The notes under the pieces were generated by a model, which made no database searches, was not told the origin of the DNA, and was given only the letters and a program-made list of their open reading frames with translations. From assembly GCA_030390025.1 (NCBI GenBank), contig CM059432.1, positions 5,270,001-5,334,000 on the forward strand: a DNA stretch of 64,000 bases, given 5' to 3'. Each line of letters opens with the position of its first letter. Position 1 is the stretch's first letter. Positions 1-11,769 of this stretch are shown in pieces. Origin of the DNA: Squalus acanthias. Lineage: Eukaryota. Both the position numbers and the translations under genes were made by a program.

Positions 1-113
1 ATGTAAACTTTGTGCTGCCTGCTGATTAAAATGATTACAGCGGTGAGGAAGCGCTAAATGCGCAGTTCAGTGGCTCAGTGCCTCAGCAGGGGGCCCAAGT
101 TCGTGCACTGCTA

Positions 114-566
114 GCACCACTTAAAGCCAGCCTGCACCACTTAAAGCCAGCCTGCACCACTTAAAGCCAGCCTGCACCACTTAAAGCCAGCCTGCACCAC
201 TTAAAGCCAGCCTGCACCACTTAAAGCCAGCCTGCACCACTTAAAGCCAGCCTGCACCTCTTAAAGCCAGCCTGCACCACTTAAAGCCAGCCTGCACCCC
301 TTAAAGTCAGCCTGCACCTCTTAAAGCCAGCCTGCACCACTTAAAGCCAGCCTGCACCACTTAAAGCCAGCCTGCACCACTTAAAGCCAGCCTGCACCAC
401 TTAAAGCCAGCCTGCACCCCTTAAAATCAGCCTGCACCTCTTAAAGCCAGCCTGCACCACTTAAAGCCAGCCTGCACCACTTAAAGCCAGCCTGCACCAC
501 TTAAAGCCAGCCTGCACCACTTAAAGCCAGCCTGCACCCCTTAAAGTCAGCCTGCACCTCTTAAAG
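114..566. repeat. 20-bp minisatellite (TTAAAGCCAGCCTGCACCAC) x ~22
   Basis: 22 head-to-tail units 121-560 plus partial flanks; no spacers. Confidence 0.97.
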
Positions 567-639
567 GGGAGGTGCATTCTGGCTGGAGCAGGTGCTGGAA
601 GTGTCTGGGGAAGAGAGTGAGCAAGAAGAACACTGACTT

Positions 640-3040
640 ATGGTACAACAGGGCAGAGAGCGTGCTCCAAGCTTCTTAGATGCTGCACTGGAGGCCTTGG
701 TGGGGGAGGTGGACAAGAGGAGAGATGTCCTCTATCCACAAGGGGCCAGGAGGCCCTCCAGATAAACTTGAAGAAGGCACTGAGAGCAGATAGCCCTGGC
801 AGTCAACACCAGAAGCCAAGCCCCGAGGACCTGGATGCAGTGCTGCAAAAAGTTCAATGACCTCACACGGGTGGTCAAGGTCAGTGAATTCATCTTTAAA
901 TGCCATATTCCACCAACTGCACCACTAGCCTCACACACTGCTCAATGCACCACCCCTCCATCACTCACCTACCAACAATCTCTAGCAATCACCGCTCATA
1001 CCTCACATTCATAGCTTCACCTCACCCTCACCTGCTTAGCACTGATGCAAGCCTCACACCCACATCTCAAAGCTTGTACACACTGCCAGCTATTCAACCA
1101 TGACAGGCACAGCACCCAATCACATTGAACCACATTCACTGACACACTTCCCTCTCTCTTGCAGGACAAGATGGCTCATAACTGGGGGCAGCTGGGGCTA
1201 CCCGTAGGGAAGCAGACGCGCTTGCATGACCTTAACCTGTTGGAGGAGACGGTGCTGGAGACTATTGGAGTGGCCATCTCTGAGTCCGTGGCCAGCGGCG
1301 GGGCTGAAACAATGCAAGATGACGGGATCCTCATACCTAATCCTCCTCCTCACATCCCACTTCCCCCTCATCCCACAATCTCTTCTCATTTAAAAGCTGC
1401 AGATGGTGTAAGCATGCACCTCTTGCTTTCCCCCCTCCCCTCACCGCAACCCTACGCTTGTGCCTTTCTCCTTTCAGATTCAGATTTCTCCAACAACTGC
1501 AACCTGGCCAGGCAGTGGTGGAGGTGCAGGAACTACAAGAGGAAGAAACATAGAAACATAGAAAATAGGTGCAGGAGTAGACCATTCGGTCCTTCGAGCC
1601 TGCACCGCCATTTAATGCGTTCATGGCTGAACATGCTACCTCAGTACCCCATTCCTGCTTTCTCGCCATACCCCTTGATCCCCCTAGTTGTGAGTATTAT
1701 ATCTAACTCCCTTTTGAATATATTTAGCGAACTGGCCTCAACAACCTTCTGTGGTAGAGAATTCCACAGATTCACCACTCTCTGGGTGAAGAAGTTCCTC
1801 CTCATCTCAGTCTTAAATGGCTTCCCCTTTATCCTTAGACTGTGACCCCTGGTTTTAGTTTTCCCTAACATTGGAAACATTCTGCCCGCATCTAATTTGT
1901 CTAAACCAGTCAGGATTTTAAACGTCTCTATAAGATCCCCCCTCATTCTTCTGAACTCCAGAGGATACAAGTTCAGTTGATCCAGTCTTTCTTGATATGT
2001 CAGTCTGGCCATCCCAGGAATCAATCTAGTGAACCTTCGTTGCACTCCCTCAATAGCAAGAATGTCCTTCCTCAAGTTAGGAGACCAAAACTGCACACAA
2101 TACTCCAGGTGTGGCCTCACCAAGGCCCTGTACAACTGTAGCATCACCTCCCTACTCCTGTACTCAAATCCCCTTGCTATGAAGGCCATCATGCCAGAAG
2201 GCAGTGATGCTGAAGACACAGCACCATCACTCCATTTCACACTGCCAGCCACCAGCTCAGATATTGGCACTGCGCGTAATTTAGAGGATAGCTTAGATGC
2301 GGGATCTGCACGTGGTGAGACACTGGGCACGAGTGGCCTGCAGCCAGGGCAGGGGGCAAGGATAGCGCAGGTGCCAGCTCCATGGAGGGCAAGGCCGCAC
2401 ATGAGCTCTGCTGAAGAGGACTCAGATGAGGACTTCGATGGGGCAGGCTACAGAAGAAGGCTGTTGGGTATGCACAATGAAACGTTTGGTGTATTGGCAG
2501 GCCCACCAGAAAGCCTGCGGTCAATGTCAAGGAGCCTGGAGGAGTCCAGCACCAACTTGCCACAGGGCTCTGTGCAGAGCTTGGAGCCCATCCTTTCCAG
2601 CATGAAAGTGACAGTCAAGTCCGTTAGCAAACTTGCGTACCCAACACCTGATGGCCGATGTCTCAGCTTCCACTGCAGCTCAAGCAGAATCCATCCAACG
2701 TCTGGATGCTGCAATGGGAGATCAGTCTTCTGTCATGCAGGCTCAGCGTTGCTGCCACACAAGCACAGACTGCTGTCATCGCGGCTGTGCTGACCAGTGT
2801 TCAAAGGGGCTTGCAGGGTGTCACAGCAGTCCAGCAATCTGTCCTCCAACAGGTCACCAGGACCGCTGAGGCGCCGCCCCGGGGGAGTGTCACTGGCTCT
2901 GGGGAGCACGAACCTGTTGTCCTCTCTCAGGATGACAGCGTTCATCCTCCCACCCCTGCCACCCCACCAGTGCCCCTGTTGTTGCCTATCAGTCAGCCTA
3001 CCCCAGACTGCTGCCACCCATGCCGAGATAGTGCAACACA
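640..3040 (+). pseudogene. Degraded, intron-containing Myb/SANT-like DNA-binding protein gene of a Harbinger-type DNA transposon
   Basis: 640-879 translates MVQQGRERAPSFLDAALEALVGEVDKRRDVLYP...(3 stops)...RTWMQCCKKFNDLTRVVK then GT donor; AG acceptor 1163-1164 continues DKMAHN...LNLLEETVLETIG; later acidic/low-complexity part is split by a CR1 insertion. Confidence 0.7.
1549..2195 (-). mobile_element. CR1 LINE 3' fragment inserted in the Harbinger relic
   Basis: ORF 1641-2402(-) contains [19 protein letters not shown]...FFTQRVVNLWNSLP; (TTCTATGT)n-type tail. Confidence 0.93.
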
Positions 3041-3047
3041 AGCCGGG

Positions 3048-3355
3048 CCGGAGAGTCTAGAACCAGGGGTCACAGTCTCAGGATAAGGGGTCGGCCATTT
3101 AGGACTGAGATGAGGAGGAATTTCTTCACTCAGAGGGTTGTGAATCTTTGGAATTCTCTGCCCCAGAGGGCTGTGGATGCTCAGTCTTTGAGTATATTCA
3201 AGACTGAGATCAATAGATTCTTGGATATTAAGGGATATGGGGATAGTGCGGGAAGGTGGAGTTGAGGTCGAAGATCAGCCATGATCTTATTGAATGGCAG
3301 AGCAGGCTCGAGGGGCCGTATGACCGACTCCTGCTCCTAATTCTTAAGTTCTTAA
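3048..3355 (+). mobile_element. CR1 LINE 3' end
   Basis: GESRTRGHSLRIRG...FFTQRVVNLWNSLP coding remnant and CR1 3' UTR. Confidence 0.9.
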
Positions 3356-3470
3356 GTAATTTCATCAACTAGGTTTGCGGGGTAGATAACGTTGACTTAA
3401 AATCTGATGTTGGTGGAAAAGAACCTTTTCGTTTGACTCTAACTTGCATATTCCTTTTTGTTTTCACTAG

Positions 3471-3489
3471 CCAACGTCACGAGAGATTG
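3471..3489 (+). CDS. MEP1B: Meprin A beta, 19-nt micro-exon 2 (PTSREI)
   Basis: Pyrimidine tract + TAG acceptor, GTAAGT donor; phase joins next exon in frame. Confidence 0.7.
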
Positions 3490-3704
3490 GTAAGTTTGAT
3501 GTTCATTTGTTGATAAAAATGACCAGATATTTTATATAAGAACGAGATATTTCAACAATACCAAGTGTCTCAACATCCTCGCTCCCAGAATAATTCTAGT
3601 TTCCTCTTGGACCCTCTTATCCTGCCTGTTTCAGTCATATTCTACCACCCTTTGTGTGAACAATTTCACCTCATGTTACAGCTTACTCTTCATTTCCGAT
3701 TTTT

Positions 3705-4130
3705 TATCCAGTCCGGCAACGCCTCGATTTTAAAATTCTCATCCTTGTTTGCAAATCCCTCCATGGCCTCGCCCCCCTCCCCATCTCTGTAATCTCCTCC
3801 AGCCCCACAACCCCCCGAGATCTCTGCGCTCCTCCAATTCTGGCCTCTTGTGCATCCCCGATTTTAATCGCTTCACCATTGGTGGCCGTGCCTTCAGCTG
3901 CCTGGGCCCTGAGCTCTGGAATTCCCTCCCTAAACCTCTCCATCACTACCTCTCTCGCCTCCTTAAGGCGCTCCTTAAAACCTACCTCTTTGACCAAGCT
4001 TTTGTCATCTGTCCTAATCTCTCCTTATGTGGCTCGGTGTCAAATTTTATTTGATAATCGCTCCTGTGAAGCGCCTTGGGACGTTTAACTATGTTAAAAG
4101 TGCTATATAAATGCAAATAGTTGTTGTAGT
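3705..4130 (+). mobile_element. L2-type LINE 3' fragment
   Basis: RSLRSSNSGLL...GGRAFSCLGPELWNSLP remnant; tail ending ...GCTATATAAATGCAA. Confidence 0.85.
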
Positions 4131-4229
4131 GTCTCCTGGTATTTGTACACCTTGCCAAAGTGAACAATTTGTCAATTCTCTTCATAATATTGCATAACGG
4201 TCATAGAACTTCAAAATTAATTCATTATA

Positions 4230-4555
4230 AAGAAAGAAAGACTTGCATTTATAAAGTGTCTTTCATGACCTCAGGACGTCCCAAAGTGCTTTACAGCCAA
4301 TGAAGTACTTTTTGAAGTGGAGTCACTGTTGTAATGTGGGAAACGCGGCAGCCAATTTGCGCACAGCAAGCTCCCACAAACAGCAGTGTGATAATGACCA
4401 GATCATCTGTTTCAGTGATGTTGGTTGAGGGATAAATATTGGCCCCAGGACACCGGGGAGAACTCCCCTGCTCTGTTTCGAAATAGTGGCCCTGGGATCT
4501 TTTATGTCCACCTGAGAGGGCAGACGGGGCCTCGGTTTAACGTCTCATCTGAAAA
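4230..4555 (-). mobile_element. Deu-domain SINE (SacSINE1-like), 5'-truncated
   Basis: Matches other SINE copies in the window; Deu-like core AGATCCC..CACTATTTCGAA..CCCCGGTGTCCTGG. Confidence 0.85.
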
Positions 4556-4974
4556 ACAATGCCCAGAGGTTAACCAGCAGCCTAAAAGGATGAGCCAGCA
4601 ACTAACCTGTGTGCAGCGGAGGAGCCCTTTAAATATCTGCTGCTGGAGGGTCTCTGCTGCCTGTTAGCGCCACGACTTGCTGAGCGAGTTTATCATGGGC
4701 CGTGTCAAGACCAATATCACAAAAGCATCCGACAAGAGTAGGACCCTTATTTAAATATTCTAACGAGGCTTTTTAATACTTCTTGCGCACGCCATGGATG
4801 CCTACAGAGGAGCCGATACAATATGGCGGCAACGCACTTCATGCGGGGAAAGAGCGCGCGCACACCACCCGCCATATTGGACCTTCAGTTTTACACCGGT
4901 GACATGAGCGCAGCGTGATCGAATTTCTAGGCCAAAACATTTTCATTACAACGACTTTACAGAGAATTACCACA

Positions 4975-5460
4975 GTCCCGCGCAATAAGGTTTTAAGTCG
5001 GTTCACGGACTCCCAGGCCGCCTGCCTTTTCTGTGGCCTGGAGGAGTCCGTGTTCCAGGTCTATACGGAGTGTGAGAGGTTGCAGCCCCTCTTCCATTAT
5101 TTGAAGGGGCTGCTCCTCAATTTTTGGCTGCACTTCAGTCCCCACGCTCCTGATCTTTGGTCACCCGGTGCGGGGGCGGAGGGGTGCGGGCAGGTTCGGG
5201 GGAACCTCCTCGTGGGGCCTGGCCAAAGTGGCCATCAACTGGTCCAGGCAGCAGGCGGTCGAGGGGGTCGTTCGGCCTGACTGCCTGCCTGCCTCTCTTC
5301 CGCGGCCATGTTCGCGCCCGGGTGGCCCTGGAGATGGAGCACGCGGTGTCCGCCGGCACGCTCGAGGCCTTCCGCGACCGGTGGGCACCGCGGGGACTGG
5401 AGTGCTTCATCACCACCGGCAACCGAATTGTAATTTAATTTAATGTTTTAAGTTAAGTTA
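4975..5460 (+). mobile_element. Tx1/L1-clade LINE ORF2 3' end, frameshifted
   Basis: CLFCGLEESVFQVYTEC zinc-finger remnant; LAKVAINWSR; FRDRWAP. Confidence 0.75.
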
Positions 5461-5696
5461 CAGTTTTATTGATTTAACCAGAAGAGTACACAGAATTACA
5501 AAGGCTATGCAGCACAGAAACAGGCCATTCGGCCCAACCAGTCAACGCCAGTGTTAATGTTTCACTCGAGCTTGCTGACTTGCCGATGCATTGCATCCTT
5601 TACAACGACTCGCATTTATATGGTGCCTTTAATGCAGAAGAACATCCTTTAAAAACAGGAAATAAACATTTACCAAGCACTTTTAACATGAGCACA

Positions 5697-6401
5697 GTGC
5701 ATGTACATAGATCCCTGAAGGCAGCAGGACAGGTAGATAAGGTGGTTAAAAAGGCATATGGGATACTTGCCTTCATTAGCTGAGGCATAGAATATAAGAG
5801 CAGGGAGGTTATGATGGAGCTGTACAAAACGCTAGTTAGGCCACAGCTGGAATACTGTGTGCAGTTCTGGTCGCCACACTATAGGAGGGATGTGATTGTA
5901 TTGGAGAGGGTGCAGAGGAGATTCACCAGGATGTTACCTGGGCTGGAGCGCTTCAGCTATGAAGAGAGACTGGACAGGCTGGGGTTGTTTTCCTTAGAGT
6001 AGAGAAGGCTGAGGGGGGACCTGATTGAGGTGTACAAAATTATCAGGGACATAGATAGGGTAGATAGAAAGGAACTTTTCCCCTTAGTAGAGGGGTCAAT
6101 AACCAGGGGGCATAGTTTCAAGGTAAGGGGCAGGAGGTTTAGAGGGGATTTGAGGAAAAACTTTTTCACCCAGAGGGTGGTTGGAATCTGGAACTCACTG
6201 CCTGAAAGGGTGGTAGAGGCAGGAACCCTCACAACATTCAAGAAGCATTTAGATGAGCACTTGAAACGCCATAGCATACAAGGCTACGGACCGAGTGCTG
6301 GAAAATGGGATTAGAATAGACAGGGCTTGATGGCCGGCGCGGACACGATGGGCCGAAGGGCCTCTTTCTGTGCTGTATAACTCTATGACTCTATGACTCT
6401 A
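5697..6401 (+). mobile_element. CR1 LINE 3' fragment
   Basis: [15 protein letters not shown]...FFTQRVVGIWNSLP; (CTATGACT)n tail; nearly identical to 13056-13754. Confidence 0.93.
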
Positions 6402-6699
6402 TTAAAAGATTAGTGAGGCATCAGGGGAGCAGTGCTGAAAGGAAGGCCAGTTAGACTCTGAGCACCATGGCCCCCTATTCTAACTCACCAAGGATTGCCA
6501 TCAAGATTGCTGGGCATCAGGAGCTGACCCCAATTTTGATGAAAAACCTTATACCGTTGTGTACAGCTGAACACTATCGATACTAAAGCTGTCCATCACA
6601 GGCGCGCATGTACACGTAAAGCCATCAGGGTATGGTTATGACCGACAGAAAAAGCAAAACCAATACAATGTTTGTGCACAAATAATTGGCATTAAAGCT

Positions 6700-6960
6700 C
6701 GGCGGGGGATGAGGAGAATTTTCTTTTTAAGCAGCGAGTTGTTGTGATCTGGAACGCGCTGCCTGAAAGGGCGGTGGAAGCAGATTCAATAGTAACTTTC
6801 AAAAGGGGAATTGGATAAATACTTGAAGGGGAAAAATTTGCAGGACTATGGGGAAAGAGCGGGGGGGAGTGGGACTAATTGGAGAGCTCTTTCAAAGAGC
6901 CGGCACAGGCACAATGGGCCGAATGGCCTCCTCCTGTGCTGTCTCATTCTATGATTCTAA
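6700..6960 (+). mobile_element. CR1 LINE 3' end
   Basis: IWNALPERAVEA remnant; ATTCTATG tail. Confidence 0.8.
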
Positions 6961-7022
6961 TGTAATATTCTTAGCTTTAAAAAAAAATCACTGAACATAA
7001 TCCATTTTCGTTTCTCTTTTAG

Positions 7023-7073
7023 AAGTGGACATCGACGGTGGATTAGATCAAGACATATTTGAAATAAATGAAG
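7023..7073 (+). CDS. MEP1B: Meprin A beta exon 3 (propeptide EVDIDGGLDQDIFEINE)
   Basis: AG/GT flanks; resembles meprin beta propeptide DVDGGMDQDIFDINE. Confidence 0.92.
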
Positions 7074-8371
7074 GTAATTTGGATTCATTTTACATCAGTT
7101 GATATAATGCTTCTGGTTGCTATCTGTAATAGACGCCATTCACGGGATGTGGGCGTCGCGCGCGGTGCGCTCCCGTTAGCGCCCCCGGGAGGCGCAAAGC
7201 TCCCAATTTCGCCCCTTTCTGTTGCTCCTCTTTCAACTGCGAGACACTTTTTTTTAATCTCGATTTCCTCCCCTTCAGCTGTTTAGGATGACAATCTCTT
7301 TCCCTTCACTTGCAAAGCCGACTGTGATCTTCAGCCTTGTTTAAATTGCAGGCCTTGACTGCTGGCGCCATTTGGGTTTCCTACGTCCACTGCCCATACA
7401 ACCCGGAGTGATTCCAGACCCAGTGCGGGGGAAATAAGGTGTCGCTGCCAACCCAGGATGACTTTATTTTTGTATTACATCGTTTTAGATCGGGGTTAGA
7501 TATATTTCTTAAGGCTAAAGGGATCAAGGGATATGGGGAGAAGGCAGGGACAGGCTACTGAATTTGGATGATCAGCCATGATCGCATTGAATGGCGGAGC
7601 AGGCTCGAGGGGCCGAATGGCCTACTCCTGCTCCTATCTTCTATGCTTCTATGTTTCTATGTTTTTGATTTTCAATAAACATACTCTCTTGAAAAGATTC
7701 TCATATTATAATGTTGTGCCTAATTAGACTCTAATAATGCACAGCAACAGGACATTCGGCCCGACTGGTCCGAGCCGGCGTTTCTGCTCCACACGAGCCT
7801 CCTCCCACCAATGTTCCCTTATTTTTTTTTTCATCTGCCGTCCCTTTAACTGGCTGCGCGGCCCATTCGAATTTTCACACACGTGCGGTTTCTTCCCTGT
7901 AAAAGCCGGTGAGCAGCCTACAGGGGAACTCCACATGGCCGCCCAACTTAGCAGGAATGTTGCCTCCCACCCCTCTCCATCTCACCCCATCACCATATCC
8001 TTCTATTCCTTTCTCCCTCATGTGTTTATCCAGCTTCCCCTTAAATGCATCTACGCTATTCGCCTCAACCACTCCCTGTGGGAGCGAGTTCCACATTCTC
8101 ACCACTCTCTGGGTAAAGACGTCTCTCCCGAATTCCCAATTGGATTTATTTTAGTGACTATTGTATACTTCTGTCCCTTCGGTTTGGATGACCCCACAAG
8201 TGGAAACATCTTATCTACGTCTACCCTATCAAATTCTGTCATCATTTTAAGACCTCTATCAGGTCACTCCTCAGTCTTCTCTTTTCTAGAGAAAAGATCC
8301 CCAGCCTGTTCAGTCTTTCCTGATCGGTATAACCTCTCAGTTAGAATCATGGAATGGTTACAGCGCAGGAG

Positions 8372-8960
8372 CATAGAAGATAGGAGCAGGAGTAGGCCAT
8401 TCGGCCCCTCGAGCCTGTTCCGCCATTTAATGCGATCATGGCTGATCATCCAAATTCAGTACCCTGTCCCTGCTTTCTCCCCATATCCCTTTATCCCTTT
8501 AGCCTTAAGAAATATATCTATCTCCTTCTTGAATATATTTAATGAATTGGCCTCAACTGCCTTCTGTGGTAGAGAATTCCACAGGTTCACCACTCTCTGG
8601 GTGAAGAAATTCCTCCTCATCTCAGTCCTAAATGGCTTACCCCTTATCCTTAGACTGTGACCTCTGGTTCTGGACTCCCCCGCCATCGGGAACATCCTTC
8701 CTGCATCTAGTCTGTCTAGTCCTGTTAGAATTTTATAAGTTTCAATGAGATCCCCTCTCATTCTTCTAAACTCTAGCGAATATAAGCCTAATCGACCCAA
8801 TCTCTCTTCATACGTCATTCCTGCCATCCCAGGTATCAGTCTGGTGAATCTTCGCTGCACTCCCTCCATGGCAAGAACATCCTTCCTCAGATAAGGTGAC
8901 CGAAACTGCACACAATACTCAAGGTGTGGTCTCACCAAGGCCCTGTACAACTGCAGCAAG
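8372..8960 (-). mobile_element. CR1 LINE 3' fragment
   Basis: ORF 8456-8959(-) CR1 RT C-terminus. Confidence 0.92.
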
Positions 8961-9115
8961 ACCCGTTGAGGCTATTGAGCCCGTGCCGGCTCTCTGCAAG
9001 TCCCGCCCCCCCACCCTTTCCCTGTAGCCCTGAAAAAATTTTTCCTTCTGGTATCATCCTTGTAAATCTTTTTTGTACCTCCTACAGTGCTTCTAATGTT
9101 GTGTTTATTCTGCAG

Positions 9116-9159
9116 AACTAGGATTGAATCTTGTAGAAGGGGACATCAAACATGACAAG
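9116..9159 (+). CDS. MEP1B: Meprin A beta exon 4 (ELGLNLVEGDIKHDK)
   Basis: CAG acceptor, GTATGT donor; astacin propeptide EGDI aspartate-switch motif. Confidence 0.93.
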
Positions 9160-9209
9160 GTATGTTGGTAATAATAATATTTCATGTAACTATGTAGCAG
9201 AAAGTTAAG

Positions 9210-9647
9210 AAAAGATAGACTTGCATTTCTACAGCACCTTTCACGACCTCAGGATGTCCCAAAGCACTTTACAGCCAATGAAGTACTTTTTGAAGTGCAG
9301 TCACTGTTGTAATGTGGGAAACGCAGCAGCCAATTTGCGCACAGCAAGCTCCCACAAACAGCAATGTGATAATGACCAGATAATCTGTTTCAGTGATGTT
9401 GGTTGAGGGATAAATATTGGCCCAGGGACACCGGGGAGAACTCCCCTACTCTTCTTCAAAATAGTGCCATGGGATCTTTTATATCCACCTGAGGGGTAGA
9501 CGGGGCCTCGGTTTAACGTCTCATCCGAAAGACGGCACCTCCGACAGTGCAGCGCTCCCTGCCTAGATTTTTGTGCTCAAGTCTCTGGAGTGGGGCTTGA
9601 ACCCACAACCTTCTGACTCAGAGGCGAGGGTGCTACCCACTGAGCCA
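9210..9647 (-). mobile_element. Deu-domain SINE with tRNA-like head
   Basis: A box TGGCTCAGTGG and B box GGTTCAAG on minus strand; Deu core; L2-like tail. Confidence 0.88.
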
Positions 9648-9720
9648 CATATATATTCCATGTTACCTGTATGATTGCTACCAGGATCACTGATTTGGTT
9701 TGTGTCTCTTTCGATGCCAG

Positions 9721-9799
9721 ACAATTGACAGAAGCGCTCTTACAGATGACAAATACAGGTGGCCAAAAACCATTCCATACTACTTGGAAGATTCTTTAA
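9721..9799 (+). CDS. MEP1B: Meprin A beta exon 5 (TIDRSALTDDKYRWPKTIPYYLEDSL)
   Basis: CAG acceptor, GTAGGT donor; activation site and start of astacin domain. Confidence 0.93.
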
Positions 9800-10679
9800 G
9801 TAGGTATTAATATTGATCGAAAGCTGATTGTTTTGCTTTTTGTAACTGTTCATTTAGATCTACTTCTAATGTAAATCTATTGCAAAGTTTTAACAAATTA
9901 CCATTGCTCTGCTGTTGCCCCACATCTGGGCCCCCCATGATCTCCTTCCAGCATCAGCTTATCACCCAGGTTAGGCTGGGAGGGAGAGATCGTCTAATCT
10001 TCTCTCTCTTGTGAGTGGGTTCAAAGCATTCCGGCAGACTGGGAAATGAAGTGGCCAAATGCACCCAACGCTATATACATGGTAACGTTAGTATCTTAGT
10101 GTTCACAAAACAAAACGGTATTTTATATCGCTTACACTCCGCTGATCCTTTATCTGCTAATTTTTGTCAAAAGATCTTGCAGGGGTCAAATCTATAAATA
10201 ACTCATTCTTGAAATCTGGTGCATTAACTGGCGTCCTTACATTAATGTTTATAAAGGCCATCATTTATTGCCCATCCCTAATTGCCCTCGAGAAGGTGGT
10301 GGTGAGCCACCACCTTGACAACTGAGTGTCTTGCTGGGCCGTTTCAGAGGGGCAGTTAAGAGTCAACCACGTTGCTGTGGGTCTGGAGTCACATATAGGC
10401 CAGACCGGGTAAGGGCGGCAGATTACCTTCCCTAAAGGACATTAGTGAACCAGATGGGTTTTTACAACAATCCGGTAGTTTCATGGTCACCATCACTGAG
10501 ACTGGCTGTTTATTCCTGATTTATTGAATTAACTGAACTTAAATTTCCCAGCTGCTGTGGTCAGATTTGAATTCATGTTACATGAAATTATTAGTTCAGG
10601 CTGTTGGATTATTAGTGCAGTAACATAACCACTATGCTACCGTTCCCACAGAATGCATGGAGAGAGAAACAGAGTTAAT

Positions 10680-10955
10680 GGGCTGGATTTTGTCTTGCGT
10701 CGGGTTGGGATCGTGTAATCCGCATTTCGTGTTTCCCCCCCGACTCCAGATTAATGTGGATGAATGATGCAATTTTCACTTAACTGGGCAATTGAGTTCC
10801 AGCATGTGGGAACCCATGAACGAATTAGTGGTTTCAGTATGAAAGTCGCCTCTGATGATGTCATCATTGCTGACTGCCTAGTCTCAGAGACTGTTGGTGA
10901 GAGAGGACCTGCCTGGCTTGCTTTTGATGTGAGTGGACCTGGATGCAAAATATGG

Positions 10956-10995
<40 letters not shown>

Positions 10996-11320
10996 AAATG
11001 CAGCCCAATGTTTCAGGTCTGATTCATTTCAGATTTCCAGCATCCGAATTCGCTGCCACTCCTCTTCCAGCAATACCCACCTTGAAGAAGTTCTGCTCTT
11101 CTCTCCAACGGGATTCCCCGTTTGCCTCTTTCGCCCTGTTCACCTTCACTGCTGTCTGTTTAACCTTCTCGTGTTTGAACAGCTATCGACTAAAACCCGC
11201 TTTCACAGCCACACCTCTCTCCTCAGCAACGGTCTCCGGCCCCAACTAATTCCACACGGACTCCGACATAAAATGCTGTCAGTGGTGTTGTCGGTACAAC
11301 TTCGATTTTAAATCAAGGCC
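10680..11320. mobile_element. Possible MITE containing (GA)n at 10958-10991
   Basis: Imperfect termini GGGCTGGATTT / AAATCAAGGCC; flanks AAT/AGT. Confidence 0.4.
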
Positions 11321-11476
11321 AGTAACGTTGTAGCTGCTACATGTATACTAAGATACTTTACAGGGGGAACGTTGCAGTGGGATGCCACCTGCGTGAGAAC
11401 GTACACGGGTGTATAAATGTTTGTGAGCAACGTGTGAGCTATTCGCTCTGGCAATTAAACTCCATCTTTCCCGTAG

Positions 11477-11594
11477 ATGTGAATGCTAAAGGTATCATCC
11501 TCAGAGCCTTTGAACAGTATCGCCTCAAATCCTGCATTGATTTTAAGCCTTGGACTGGAGAAGAAAACTATATCTCTGTATTCAAAGGCAGTGG
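11477..11594 (+). CDS. MEP1B: Meprin A beta exon 6
   Basis: [43 protein letters not shown] flanks. Confidence 0.96.
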
Positions 11595-11769
11595 GTAAGA
11601 CTTTTGTCCTGACACTGGTGCATCTACGCTACCTCCTGCGCTGTCTTTACTCTTCACACTTGTGTCCATTCAATTGTTTGGAGGAGTTAAGATATGAGCA
11701 CGTAATCTCGGCTGTTTTTCTTTCACAACTTTTATTGAGTAAGAGATCCTAATCAGCAGCTGTACCGTA

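Noticed and set aside
121..560. CRISPR-like array
   Set aside because: Contiguous units without unique spacers, no cas genes, vertebrate context
2029..2793. 254-aa ORF as a real gene
   Set aside because: Chimera of antisense CR1 and a Harbinger relic exon
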